The notes below the pieces were generated by a model. That model did no database searches, was not told the origin of the DNA, and saw nothing but the letters and a program-made list of their open reading frames with translations. Below are positions 9,346-19,575 of a DNA stretch of 64,000 nt, one piece after another. Each line of letters starts with the position of its first letter. The first letter of the stretch is position 1. The translations under genes were made by a program, and so were the position numbers. The stretch is from an uncultured Actinomycetes bacterium (GTDB lineage: Bacteria; Actinomycetota; Acidimicrobiia; IMCC26256; PALSA-610). The DNA lies in contig CAWEDT010000010.1 in the NCBI GenBank assembly GCA_963807945.1, positions 176,799-240,798 on the forward strand, read 5' to 3'.

Positions 9346-10876
9346 ATGGGTCGCGCGCTTCCCCGTGCGGGGCATCGTCGAGGGGTTCTACGGCCACGCC
9401 GTGGTCGCACCGGCCGCGCCTCGACGCGATCTCGTTCCTCGCTCCCCGCGGGCTCAACGCGTACGTGTACGCGCCGAAGGACGACGCGAAGCACCGCGCC
9501 GATTGGCGCGTCCCGTACGACGCCGACGAGCGAGCCGAGTTTCGGGAGCTCGCGGCGCACGCGGCCGACCACGGCGCGCGGTTCGGTTTCGCGATCTCGC
9601 CCGGTCTCGACATGACCTACGAGGATCCGCGCCGACCGGGCCGCGTTGCTGGCCAAGCTCGCAACCCTTGCTCGACGCGGGCGTGCCGTGGTTCCTCCTC
9701 TTGCTCGACGACATCCCGATGCAACCCGGCCTGGCGCCGCGCCAGGCGGAGCTCGCGACGTGGTTGTTCGATCGAGCTTGCGCGCCGCGCGTGCCGATGC
9801 CGCGCTCACGCTGTGCCCGACCGAATACGTCGGGACCGCAGCCGTCGCCCTATCTCGCCGAGCTGGGCGCGGGCCTTCCGCCCGCGGTCGACGTGATGTG
9901 GACCGGTCCGACGGTGTGCTCGCCCACGTTGCGCGCCGACGACGCGCCGGGGCTGGACCGAAGCGTTGGGCGGGCACCGCACGATCGTGTGGGACAACAC
10001 GCCCGTCAACGACGCGACGATGACGCACGAGCTGCATCTCGGTCCGTACCGGGGCCGTGACGCCGATCTCGTCGACGCTGGTTCGCCGGCGTGCTCTGCA
10101 ATCCGATGACGCAGCCGCGCGCGTCGCTGGTCCAGCTCGCGACCGCGATGGAGTTCCTCGCCGATCCCGATGGCTACGACGCCGACGGCCGCGTGGGACG
10201 CGCGCGTCGCCGACGTCGGCGGCGAACGCGCCGCATCCGCTGGCCGTGCTCGCGCGCGCGTGTGCCGACGGCCCGCTTGCGGGCAGCGAGGCGCTGGATC
10301 TCACGGGCCGGGTCGACGAGCTCGAGACCGGCGCTTGGCCGGTCCCGACTGGGTCGAGGCCGCCGCCGAGCTCGTCGACGAGCTCCGCGCCGGCCTCGCG
10401 GGCCTGCCCGAAGCGCGCTGCCCGGCCCGACGAGCCGCGACGACGCCGCTCGGGCGCCGAAACTCGCGCCGTGGGCCGCGTCGGCCCGGGCCCAGGCCGG
10501 GGCGGGCCTGGCCGCGCTGCGCCTGATTCAGCAGGTCCAGCCGCGATCCCGGCCCGGGTCCGGACCGGCGGGCTCGGATCCCCGCGATCCGCGCGGCGAC
10601 CCCGATGCCGAGGCGGCGATGCACCACGCGTTCGCTCTCATCCTATATGTGGATGGGCGCTCGTGCCGATGAGACATGTTGTGTACGGCCCGCGTTTCGT
10701 CGATCTACTCGGCGGTGGTCCAGATCCCCGACGGCCGGCCCGCCCTCGACGTGGGCACGGCGCTGCGCGAGGACGCGAACGTGATCGACCGGCTGTGCCG
10801 GCTCGCCCTCGCCGACTACGAAGCGCTGGCGCCTGTCGGCCGGAGTGGTCGATGCAGGATGCACCGACGGTCATGA
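9346..10876 (+). CDS. GH84-family beta-N-acetylglucosaminidase (O-GlcNAcase/hyaluronidase-like) (frame-disrupted)
   Basis: Motifs: RGIVEGFYG; PWSHRPRLDAISFLAPRGLNAYVYAPKDDAKHRADWRVPYDADERAEFRELAAHAADHGARFGFAISPGLDM; VPWFLLLLDDIP (catalytic Asp-Asp); VMWTGPTVCSP; VLCNPMTQPRASLVQLATAMEFLADP. The start is ATG 9346 or GTG 9365. The proposed stop 10874-10876 overlaps ATG 10873. Confidence 0.75.
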
Positions 10877-11599
10877 GCGACCTCGCCCTCACCGTGGTGA
10901 TGCCCGCGTTCAACGAGGCGGAGATCCTCGAGACGTCGGTCAAGACCGTGGTGAAGGGCTGCGCGAGCGCGGGCGGCCGTTCGAGATCGTCATCGTCGAG
11001 AACGGCTCGACCGACGGCACCGACTCGATCGCGGACTCGCTGGCGACGTCGGTTCCCGAAGGTGCGCGTCGAGCACCGCGCCGAAGCCGACTACGGCCGC
11101 GCGCTGCGCGCCGGGCTGCTCGCCGCGCAGCGGCGACGTCGTCGTCAACTTCGACACCGACTTCTTCGATCTCGGTTTTCTCGACGCCGCGGTCGCGCTC
11201 GTGATCAGCGCGCCGAACGGTCCGACGATCGTCGTCGGCTCCAAGCGCGGCGAAGGCGCCACACGACGAGCGCGCCCCGATGCGCAAGCTCGCGACCGCG
11301 GTGTTCAGCACCGTGCTGCGCGTCGCGTTCGGCTTGCACGTCTCCGACACGCACGGCATCAAGGCCATGAACCGCGCCACGGTCGAACCGTTCGCGCGGG
11401 CGTGCACGTTCGGCCAGGATCTCTTCGACACCGAGCTCATCCTGCGCGTCGAACGCGCTCGGACTGCAGCACCGCGGAGATCCCGGTCGGGGTCGAAGAG
11501 CTGCGGCCGGCCCGCACGTCGATCGTAAAGCGAGTGCCCCGTACACTGCTCGGCTTGGTGAAGCTGCGCATCGCATTGTTCCGGGACCGCCACGGGTGA
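10873..11599 (+). CDS. GT2 glycosyltransferase, polyprenyl-phosphate sugar synthase-like (frame-disrupted)
   Basis: Motifs: MSDLALTVVMPAFNEAEILETSVKTVV; RPFEIVIVENGSTDGTDSIADSL; YGRALRAGLLAA..GDVVVNFDTDFFD (DxD); FGLHVSDTHGIKAMNRATVEPFARACTFGQDLFDTELILRVERA. The C-terminus is IVKRVPRTLLGLVKLRIALFRDRHG*. ORFs 10057..11370, 10845..11204, 11280..11528 and 11201..11599. Confidence 0.8.
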
Positions 11600-12692
11600 C
11601 CGCGCTCGTCGCGGCTCGCATACTCAACGGAGAAGGCGGTACGTCGGCGTCACCGGCCTGGATCGTGATCGGCGACGGCCGCATCGTTGCGACGGGTAGC
11701 GGGCCGCCGCCGGACGGCGCAGTCGATCTCGGGTGACGCGGTGCTCGCCCCCGGCTACGTCGACATCCAGGTGAACGGCTCGGGCCCCGTCGACTTCGCG
11801 ACCGCTTCGGTGGAAGAGATGGTCGCCACGATCGACGCGTTCGTCGCCGGCGGCTGCACCGCGTGCTTGCCGACGATCTGCAGCGCGCCCCTCGATCGCG
11901 TACGCCGCCATGCTCGACCGGCTCGCGGCCGTGCGCGCGGCCCGGCCCGACGCGGTGCTCGGCGTGCATCTCGAAGGCCCGTTCCTCGGCGGCGCGCCGG
12001 GCGCGCATCCGCCGGAGTTCGTCCGCGACGTCGACCTCGACTGGCTCGAGGACCTGTGCGATCGCTTCGGCGCACCTCATCCGGCTCGTGACGCTCGCGC
12101 CCGAAGCCGATCCCGGCCTCGCCGCGGTGCGCTCGCTGCGCGCCCGCGGGATCGTCGTTGCGCTCGGCCACAGCACGGTCGACTTCGATGGTGCGCGCGC
12201 CGCGGCCGACGCCGGCGCGGGCATCGTCACGCATCTCTTCAACGGCATGGGTCCGCTCCATCACCGTGCGCCGGGGCTGCCCGGCGCCGCGCTCGACGAT
12301 CGCCGCCTGATCCCGTCGATCATCGCCGACGGCGTGCACGTGCATCCGATGATGTTGCGGCTCGCGTTACGACGCGCGGCCCGACGCGGTGCTCGTGACC
12401 GACGCGGTCGCCACCGCGCCGCCGTTGGAATTGCGCGACGGCGCCGCGTATCTGCCCGACGGCACGCTCGCGGGATCGACGCTCACGATGGCGAACGCGG
12501 TGCGCCACGTCGCCGCGCTCGGCGTCGCCCCGGCGGCCGCGGTCCGGTGCGCGACCGGCAACGCCGCGCGCGCAATCGGCGCCGCCGAACTACGGACGGA
12601 TCGCGGCCGGATGCCGGGCCGATCTCGTCGCGCTCGACCCGGTCACGCTGCGAAGTTCGGGCGGTGTGGACGGGACGGGGTCGCGCAGGTAG
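11596..12692 (+). CDS. nagA: N-acetylglucosamine-6-phosphate deacetylase (frame-disrupted)
   Basis: GTG 11596 overlaps the GT2 stop (GTGA). Motifs: VLAPGYVDIQVNGSGPVDF; VLGVHLEGPFLGG; LIRLVTLAPE..GIVVALGHS; IVTHLFNGMGPLHHR; IIADGVHVHP; LPDGTLAGSTLTMANAV; RIAAGCRADLVALDP. The 3' end (TAG 12690-12692) is inferred. Confidence 0.8.
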
Positions 12693-12702
12693 TGTCCCGC
12701 AG

Positions 12703-13087
12703 ATGGAAATCGTCGCCGCCTTGTTCGTCGAAGGGATCGACTTCCGTCAGGTTGCCGGGCCGTCGACCCGTATCGACATCACCGGCGCGTTCTTCTCGAC
12801 GGTGGTCGACACCTACCCGACCAAGCTGGAGCCCCATCTGGTGGTGCTCGTCCGCGCCGCGGACGGGATCCGACGGCAACGCGACCCTCGAAACGGTGTT
12901 CCGGCGCGGTGACGAAGAGATCGGCCGCAACCGGCAGTCGTTCTTCGTGGAGCCCGGCAAGTTCGGATACCGCCTGGTGAAGAGCGAGCTCGAGTTCCCC
13001 GAGCCGGGCACGATCGAAGCGCAGTGCACCATCGTCGACGAGGACTCGAGCGTCACGGTCCCGCTCACAACCCTGCCGCTGTCTTGA
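12703..13087 (+). CDS. hypothetical protein (one frame change)
   Basis: The reading is MEIVAALFVEGIDFRQVAGPSTRIDITGAFFSTVVDTYPTKLEPHLVVLVRAADG / SDGNATLETVFRRGDEEIGRNRQSFFVEPGKFGYRLVKSELEFPEPGTIEAQCTIVDEDSSVTVPLTTLPLS*. Composition is protein-like. No family recognised. Confidence 0.5.
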
Positions 13088-13171
13088 GCCCGTTGGCATG
13101 ACGCCCATCGGCACGATCCGGCCCGGGATAACCCTCAACTCGGGCCGTTCCGGCGCCGAAGCCGGGAAGGC

Positions 13172-14328
13172 ATGGATCTGGTGAACCGCTACGCGGCCGC
13201 GCTGTCGCTGCATCCGACCCCGGTCGAGGCGGCCGGCGAGGTCGCCGGAGAGATCATCGAGCAATTCGACGGCGAGCGGCCCGACCTCGTGGTCTGCTTC
13301 GCTTCGCCGCATCACGTCGGTGCGTTCGAAGACGTCGCCGGTGCGCTGCGCAAGCTGCTCGAGCCCGAGGTGTTCATCGGTTGCACCGCGGTCGCGTGTC
13401 GCGGGCGGCTCGATCGAAGTCGAGGACAGCCCCGGCCTCTCGGTGTTCGCGGCGCGTTTCGGCGCCGGACGGGTCGTCGGGGTCGCGCTCGACGCGATCC
13501 AGACCGAAGACGGAGTGGAGATCTCCGGGCTGGCCCGACGAGCTCCCGCCCAGCGGCACGCTGCTCATGCTGGCGGATCCGTTCTCGTTTCCGGTCGCCG
13601 ACTTCCTGCGGTTGTGCAACGCCCAGGTTCCGGAGCTCACCGTGATCGGCGGGTGCGCATCGGCCGGGAATCGGCCCGGTGGGAATCGCATCGTGCTCGA
13701 CGACCGCATCCTGACCGGCGGCGCGGTCGCGGTGATGTGCTCCGAAGACGTGCCCGATGCGAGCGGTCGTGTCGCAGGGCTGCCGCCCGATCGGTACACC
13801 GCTCACGATCACACGCGCCGAGCGGAACTTCGTGCACGAGCTCGCGGGTCAACCCGCGCTGGAGCGGCTTGCAGGAGATCGTCGACGCCGCGAGCGAAGG
13901 ACCGCGACCTGATGCGCGAGGGTCTGCACCTCGGTCTCGTCGTCGACGAGCACCGCCTCGACTTCGAACGCGGCGACTTCTTCGTGCGCAACCTGTTGGG
14001 CGCCGACCAATCCACGGGTTCCCTCGCTGTCGGCGAGGTCGTCGAGGTCGGGCAGACCGTCCAGTTCCAGGTTCGCGACGCCGACGCCGCCGACGAAGAC
14101 TTGCGCCAGCTCATGAACGGGGTCGTCGGCGACGCGCGCGCTGCATGTTCACCTGCAACGGCCGCGGCGTGAAACTGTTCGCCGAACCCGGCCACGATGC
14201 CTCGACGATCCAGGAGATGCTCGGCGTCGGTACCGCTCTCCGGCGCGTTCTGCGCGGGCGAGATCGGACCGGTCGGGGGCCACAACTTCTTTCACGGATT
14301 CACCGCCAGCGTTGCCGTGTTCGGCTGA
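13172..14328 (+). CDS. FIST-domain (FIST_N/FIST_C) signal-transduction protein (frame-disrupted)
   Basis: Motifs: [59 protein letters not shown]; [17 protein letters not shown]; [12 protein letters not shown]; [10 protein letters not shown]; [19 protein letters not shown]; [25 protein letters not shown]. The C-terminus is [27 protein letters not shown]. Confidence 0.7.
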
Positions 14329-14339
14329 CCATCCCTTCG

Positions 14340-14378
14340 ATTAGGCTCGGACGGGCCTTCATTAGGCTGCGAACGGCC
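14340..14378 (+). promoter_or_regulatory. direct repeat ATTAGGCT-N2-GA-N-CGG-CC x2 in the tkt upstream region (each contains a TANNNT-type hexamer TAGGCT)
   Basis: attaggctcggacgggcc (14340-14357) and attaggctgcgaacggcc (14361-14378) start 21 nt apart. They lie between the FIST stop (14328) and tkt GTG (14397) and are the only AT-rich words in this spacer. Confidence 0.3.
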
Positions 14379-14396
14379 GAACAAAGGGGTTCGACG

Positions 14397-16400
14397 GTGA
14401 CTGATGAGCTCGAGAACAGCGTTCGATCAACGTCATTCGCGCGCTCGCGATGGACGCGGTGCAGAAGGCGAATTCCGGTCACCCGGGAACGCCGATGGCG
14501 CTGGCGCCGCTGGCCGACGTGTTGTGGACGCGGGTCATGAAGTACGACGCGGCCGATCCCGACTGGCCCGACCGCGATCGGTTCGTTCTTTCGGCCGGCC
14601 ACGCGTCGATGCTGCTCTACTCGATGCTCTACCTCACCGGGCTTCGGGCTCGAGCTCGACGACATCCGCAAGTTCCGTCAGCTGGGGATCCCGCACGCCC
14701 GGTCACCCGGAGAAGAACCACACCAAGGGTGTGGAGGTAACGACCGGTCCGCTCGGCCAAGGCATCGGCGACGCGGTCGGCATCGCGATCGCGGAGAAGA
14801 ACCTGCGCGCCCGATTCGGCGCCGAGGTGTGCGACCACCGCGTGTTCGGGATCTGCAGCGACGGCGATCTCATGGAGGGCATCAGCCACGAGGCGGCGAT
14901 CGCTCGCCGGGCACCTGCAGCTCGGTCGCCTCGTGTTCGTCTACGACGACAACCACATCACGATCGACGGCGACACCGCGCTCGCGTACAGCGACGACGT
15001 TCCGAAGCGGTTCGAGGCCTACGGCTGGCACGTCGTTGCAGCTCGGCGAGGTCGCCGAACGACACCGACGCGCTCGAGGCCGGGTTGCGGGCCGCGATCG
15101 CCGAGGAGGACCGGCCGTCGCTGTTGGTGCTGCGCTCGCACATCGGTTACCCGTCACCCAAGGTGCAAGACACCGCGGCCGCGCACGGCAACCCGCTCGG
15201 TGCCGACGAGGTGGCGCGCGTCAAGGAGATCCTCGGTCTTCCACCGGGCGACTTCGTCGTTCCCGACGACGTGCTCGACCGGTACCGGCGCGCCGGAAGT
15301 CGCGGCGCCGAGGTGCGTACGGAGTGGACGCAACGGCGCACCGCGTGGCTCGCCGCGAACCCCGCGCGGGCCGACGAGTACGAAGCGTGCATTGACGGCC
15401 GCCCGCTCGGGGGTTGGGAACAGAAGCTGCCGACGTTCGAAGCGGGCAAGCAGATCCCGACGCGCGAAGCGAGCCAAGAAGTGTTGACCGCGGTCGCAGA
15501 TCTCGTACCCGGGATTGATGACGGGATCGGCCGACCTCACCGGCAACAACGGCCTGGCGGTGAAGAGCCTCGGCGTCATGACCCCGACCGACGCGAGTGG
15601 GCGCGGCATCCACTTCGGAATCCGCGAGCACGGGATGGGCGCAGCCGCGAACGGCATGGCGGCGTCGGGCTTGTTGCCCGCGGTCGGCACCTTCTTCGTG
15701 TTCAGCGACTACATGCGGCCGGCGGTTCGGCTCGCGGCGATCATGGGCACCAAGGTCGCGTTCGTGTGGACGCACGACTCGGTCGGTGTCGGCGAAGACG
15801 GTCCGACCCACCAGCCGATCGAGCAGCTCGCGTCGTTGCGCGCGATGCCGGGCTTGCGGGTCATCCGTCCCGCGGATGCGAACGAGGTCGCGCAGGCGTG
15901 GCGCGTGCACCTCGACGGTGCGGGCCCGACCGCGTTGCTGCTGACCCGCCAGAAGATCCCGGTGCTCGAGGCCACCGCCGAGCGCGGAGCCGCGGGTCTG
16001 GCGCGTGGTGCGTACGTACTCGTCGACGAAGCGAGTGGTCCGGCCGACATCGTGCTTGATCGGGACGGGTTCGGAGGTCGCGGTCGCGGTTGCGGCGCGC
16101 GACGAGCTCGTGAGCCGAGGTCTGTCGGTGCGCGTGGTTTCGATGCCGTCGTGGGAGCTGTTCGAGGCCGAAGCCGACGAGTACCGCATGGAGGTGCTCC
16201 CGCCCGATCGCCCGACGCTCGCGGTGGAAGCCGGCGTGAGCTTCGGTTGGGAGCGGTACGCCGACGACGTCGTGAGCATCGATCGGTTCGGCGAGTCGGC
16301 ACCCGGTGATGTCGTCATGCGCGCGCTGGGTATAACCCCCGAGCACGTGGTCGAGCGCGCGGCTCGCGCTGCTCGGCCAATAGTCCGTCTTTCTGCCTGA
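14397..16400 (+). CDS. tkt: transketolase (frame-disrupted)
   Basis: Motifs: [34 protein letters not shown]; [24 protein letters not shown]; [29 protein letters not shown]; [16 protein letters not shown]; [13 protein letters not shown]; [18 protein letters not shown]; [29 protein letters not shown]. The C-terminus is [25 protein letters not shown]. They span at least 6 listed ORF fragments. Confidence 0.9.
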
Positions 16401-16411
16401 GGAGTCCCCCC

Positions 16412-17507
16412 GTGGCCAGTCCTATTGCCGGTTTGATCGAATTCGGGCAGAGCCCCTGGTACGACAACCTCACCCGCGCGCTCGCGACCGGCGGACTGCG
16501 CGAGCTCGTGACCGAGCACGGCATTCGCGGCGTCACGTCGAACCCGACGATCTTCGAGAAGGCGATGGCGGCGGGCACCGACTACGACCCGCAGCTGCGC
16601 GATGTCATCGAAGCGTGGCGCGTCGACCAACGACGCCTACTGGGATCTCGTGACCTCCGACATCGCGCACGCGACCGACATCCTGCGGCCGTACTACGAG
16701 GAGTGGGACGGCCACGACGGCTTCGTTTCGGTGGAGGTCTCGCCCGATCTCGCGCGCGACACGAAGGGAACGGTCGCGCAGGCGAAGGAGCTGTGGGCCC
16801 GGCTCGATCGCCCGAACGTGATGATCAAGATCCCGGCCACCGCCGAAGGCGTTCCCGCGATCACGGCCGCGCTCGACGGCCGGCTTGAACGTGAACGTCA
16901 CGCTGATCTTCGGTCTGGTCGCTACGACGAGGTGCGTCGAAGCCTTCGTCGACGGGCTTGGAGCAACGCCTGGCTGCGGGCGGCGACATCTCCCGGATCG
17001 CATCGGTCGCGTCGTTCTTCGTCAGCCGGGTCGACACCGAGACCGACCGCCGGCTCCCGAGGCCACCCCTTGCGGGGCCGGGCCGCGGTCGCCAACGCCA
17101 AGCTCGCGTACCAGCACTTTCTCGCGACGTTCGCGGGCTCTCGCTGGGACGCGCTCGCGGCGAAGGGCGCGCGGGTGCAGCGGCCGTTGTGGGCGTCGAC
17201 CTCGACCAAGAACCCTGACGTACTCCCCCACCCTCTACGTCGACACGCTGATCGGCCGCGACACGGTGAACACGCTCGCCCAGGCGTCGGTCGACGTGCT
17301 CGAGGCGGGCCAGGGCCACTGCAGCGCCGACACGGTGCTCGAAGGGGTCGACGAGGCCAGGGCGACGATGGCGGCGCTGGCCGCGGCGGTGTCGACTTCG
17401 ACGACGTGACCGAGACCTTCGAACGTGAAGGGGTCGCCGCGTTCTCGGCGTCGTTCGAGGACGCGACGGACTCGCTGGAGAAGAAGGCCCGCGAGCTCAC
17501 CCGATAA
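16412..17507 (+). CDS. tal: transaldolase (frame-disrupted, at least 7 frame changes)
   Basis: Motifs: [41 protein letters not shown]; [42 protein letters not shown]; NVNVTLIF; [18 protein letters not shown]; [14 protein letters not shown]; [14 protein letters not shown]. They are spread over ORFs 16412..16888, 16602..17507, 16885..17409 and 16958..17218. Confidence 0.9.
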
Positions 17508-17532
17508 TCCGATCACTCGGCGAGAGGCACCT

Positions 17533-17823
17533 ATGAAGTTCATCCAGATCATCGAGTACACGACGAGCAAGCCCGACGAAGCGCAGGCGGTGCTCGACGA
17601 GTTTCTTGCCGCGACGGAAGGCAAGCGCTCGGACGCTCGCGGAACCGTCACCCGTGACCGCGACAAGCCGAACACCTACTTGCAGATCGTCGAGTTCCCC
17701 TCGTACGAGGTCGCGATGAAGAACTCGGAAGACCCCGCGACGCAGGCGATGGCGGAGAAGATGATGACGATCGCCGACGGTCCGCCGATCTTCCGCAACC
17801 TCGACGTCACGTTCGAGGAGTAG
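17533..17823 (+). CDS. small hypothetical protein, 96 aa, intact (possibly a ferredoxin-like alpha/beta barrel)
   Basis: ATG 17533 lies inside ORF 17425..17823. The reading is MKFIQIIEYTTSKPDEAQAVLDEFLAATEGKRSDARGTVTRDRDKPNTYLQIVEFPSYEVAMKNSEDPATQAMAEKMMTIADGPPIFRNLDVTFEE. It sits where zwf/opcA would normally follow tal. Confidence 0.6.
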   Translation: MKFIQIIEYTTSKPDEAQAVLDEFLAATEGKRSDARGTVTRDRDKPNTYLQIVEFPSYEVAMKNSEDPATQAMAEKMMTIADGPPIFRNLDVTFEE

Positions 17824-18311
17824 CCGCGAGCTCTGAGGTGCGCGGCGAGCGCTCGGCCGGGGCTGCGTGCGCGTTGATGCCGCTGGTGTTCGGCATGACG
17901 TAGGCCGGTCGTCCGCCGAACGGTTCCGCTTGCCAACCTGATTGCGCTTTTCGGTTGACCGCGGCGCGGTAGCCGCCGAGCCCGACGAAGCAGACTGCGC
18001 CGGGTTCGAGCCACGTCACGAGCCGTTCGAGGCGCGCCGCGCCGACGCGGTACTCTTCCTTGGTGAGCTCGTCGGCCCGCGGCGTCGCGCGCTTCACCAG
18101 ATCGGTCATGCCGACGCGGTCGACGCGGTACGCGTGGCACGGGATCGTGGGTGCGGGTGACGATCCCGGCCGCGAGTGCGGCGGGCCAGAAGCGGTTGCC
18201 GGGCCGCGCGAAGCCCGAGTCCGACGTCGGCCGAGTACTCACTCGGGTTCAGGCCGACGATGCAGGAGGTCGCATATCGGGACCGACGGTGTCGGCCAAC
18301 GAGCGGGCGCG
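17807..18311 (-). CDS. mug: G/U mismatch-specific (Mug/family-2) uracil-DNA glycosylase domain, apparently fused to the upstream methyltransferase (frame-disrupted)
   Basis: Motifs: SLADTVGPDMR/LLIVGLNPSEYSADVG.GFARPGNRFWPAALAAGIV; VGMTDLVKRATPRADELTKEEYRVGAARLERLVTWLEPGAVCFVGLGGYRAAV; GRPAYVMPNTSGINAHA. ORFs 17807..18109, 17676..18242 and 18106..18837. The 3' end is uncertain (17807-17830). Confidence 0.75.
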
Positions 18312-18881
18312 GGTCGCTTCCACGTCGATCCACTCTTCGCCGTCGTCGTAGGTCGACGTCGATCGTGAAGCCCGCGCCGACGACCACGTCGACGAGACGT
18401 TCCAGCGGCCAGCACGTCGAAGTGGCGGCCGCGCGAAGACGTCGTCGTCGGAGTCGACGCTGAGTCGATCCGAGGTGAGGTGCACGTGCAGCGCGCCGCC
18501 GACTTCCAGCGCCCGGTGCAGTCGGCGAGCGCGAGCGGGACGCGCACCGCCGGCGATGTGCATGTAGCACTTGTGCGCCCACATTCCGCCGAGCGTGCCG
18601 CGCCGGAACGGCAACGCCTCGAGGTCGGCCATGACGCGGCCGCGTCCGGCGCGTGGTCGGGAACGAGATCGAGCATGGCGTTGCGCGGCGTCGCTGGCGA
18701 ACGCGGGCGATGCCGAGCCCGGCGGTGTGCCAACCGGGCCCGCACCCGAGATCGAGCCGGAACGCGTCCGTCGGGCACCCGCGCGGCGAACGCGGCCAGC
18801 GATTCGGGGATCGGCCGGACCTTCTCGCGCGATCCACTCACCGGCCCGCTGCTCGTACACATCGACGGTGCTGCGGTCCAC
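18312..18881 (-). CDS. class I SAM-dependent methyltransferase domain (Methyltransf_11-like), N-terminal part of an apparent MTase-Mug fusion (frame-disrupted)
   Basis: GTG 18881 gives [16 protein letters not shown]. Motifs: [17 protein letters not shown] (motif I); [25 protein letters not shown]; [15 protein letters not shown]; [34 protein letters not shown]. Two different frames (ORFs 18249..19079 and 18106..18837) stay open across the junction with the Mug part. Confidence 0.65.
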
Positions 18882-18893
18882 GACAGGGTAAGA

Positions 18894-19563
18894 ATGGCAG
18901 AGATGGCTCTTCCCGGCACGATTCAGATCGTCGACAACGTCGCCGCACGCGTTCGCACGATTGGTCGTCGCCGAAGCGCCCCGAGATCGGTCGCGCTGTC
19001 GGGCGGCGAGACGGCGGAGGAGTGTTACGCGGCGGTGCGGGCGGCGGGCCCCGGACTGGTCGGGTGTCGACGTGTACATCGGCGACGAGCGGTTCGTGCC
19101 GGCCGACCGATCCCGACTCCAACGAGGGCATGGCCCGCCGGGTGTTGCTCGATCGACGTGCAGCCCGCGCGCGATCCACTCGATGTATCGGCCCGTCGCG
19201 ATCGAGGAAGCCGCGCTGCGCTACGACGATCTCGGTGCGCGCCGCGCCGCCGATCGATCTCGTGCACCTCGGCCTCGGCCCCGATGGCCATACCGCCTCG
19301 CTCTTTCCCGGCAGCCCGACGCTCGCCGAGAACGAGCGCCTCGTCGTCTCGGCCGGCGACGACGGAGCACCCCGATCCGCGGCTCGACCTTCACGTTTCC
19401 CGCGATCGCCCGGAGCCGGCTCGTGGTCGTGACCGTTGCCGGGGCCGGCAAGCGGGAAGCGGTCGAACGCATCCGGAACGGTGAAGATCTTCCCGGCTGC
19501 CCGACATCCGCGGCCGAACGGGTGCTCTGGTTGGGCGACCGGGCGGCACTGGGCGCGCAGTAA
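18894..19563 (+). CDS. pgl: 6-phosphogluconolactonase (frame-disrupted)
   Basis: ATG 18894 gives [18 protein letters not shown]. Motifs: [14 protein letters not shown]; [14 protein letters not shown]; [11 protein letters not shown]; [26 protein letters not shown]; [36 protein letters not shown]. The C-terminus is [15 protein letters not shown]. Confidence 0.85.
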
Positions 19564-19575
19564 GGTCCCGCCATC

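Noticed and set aside
14388-14394. GGTTCGA (a T-loop-like word) upstream of tkt as a hint of a tRNA gene.
   Set aside because: No acceptor, D-arm or anticodon-arm pairings can be drawn around it. It lies 3 nt from the tkt start codon. I found no convincing tRNA or rRNA signature elsewhere in the window by eye.
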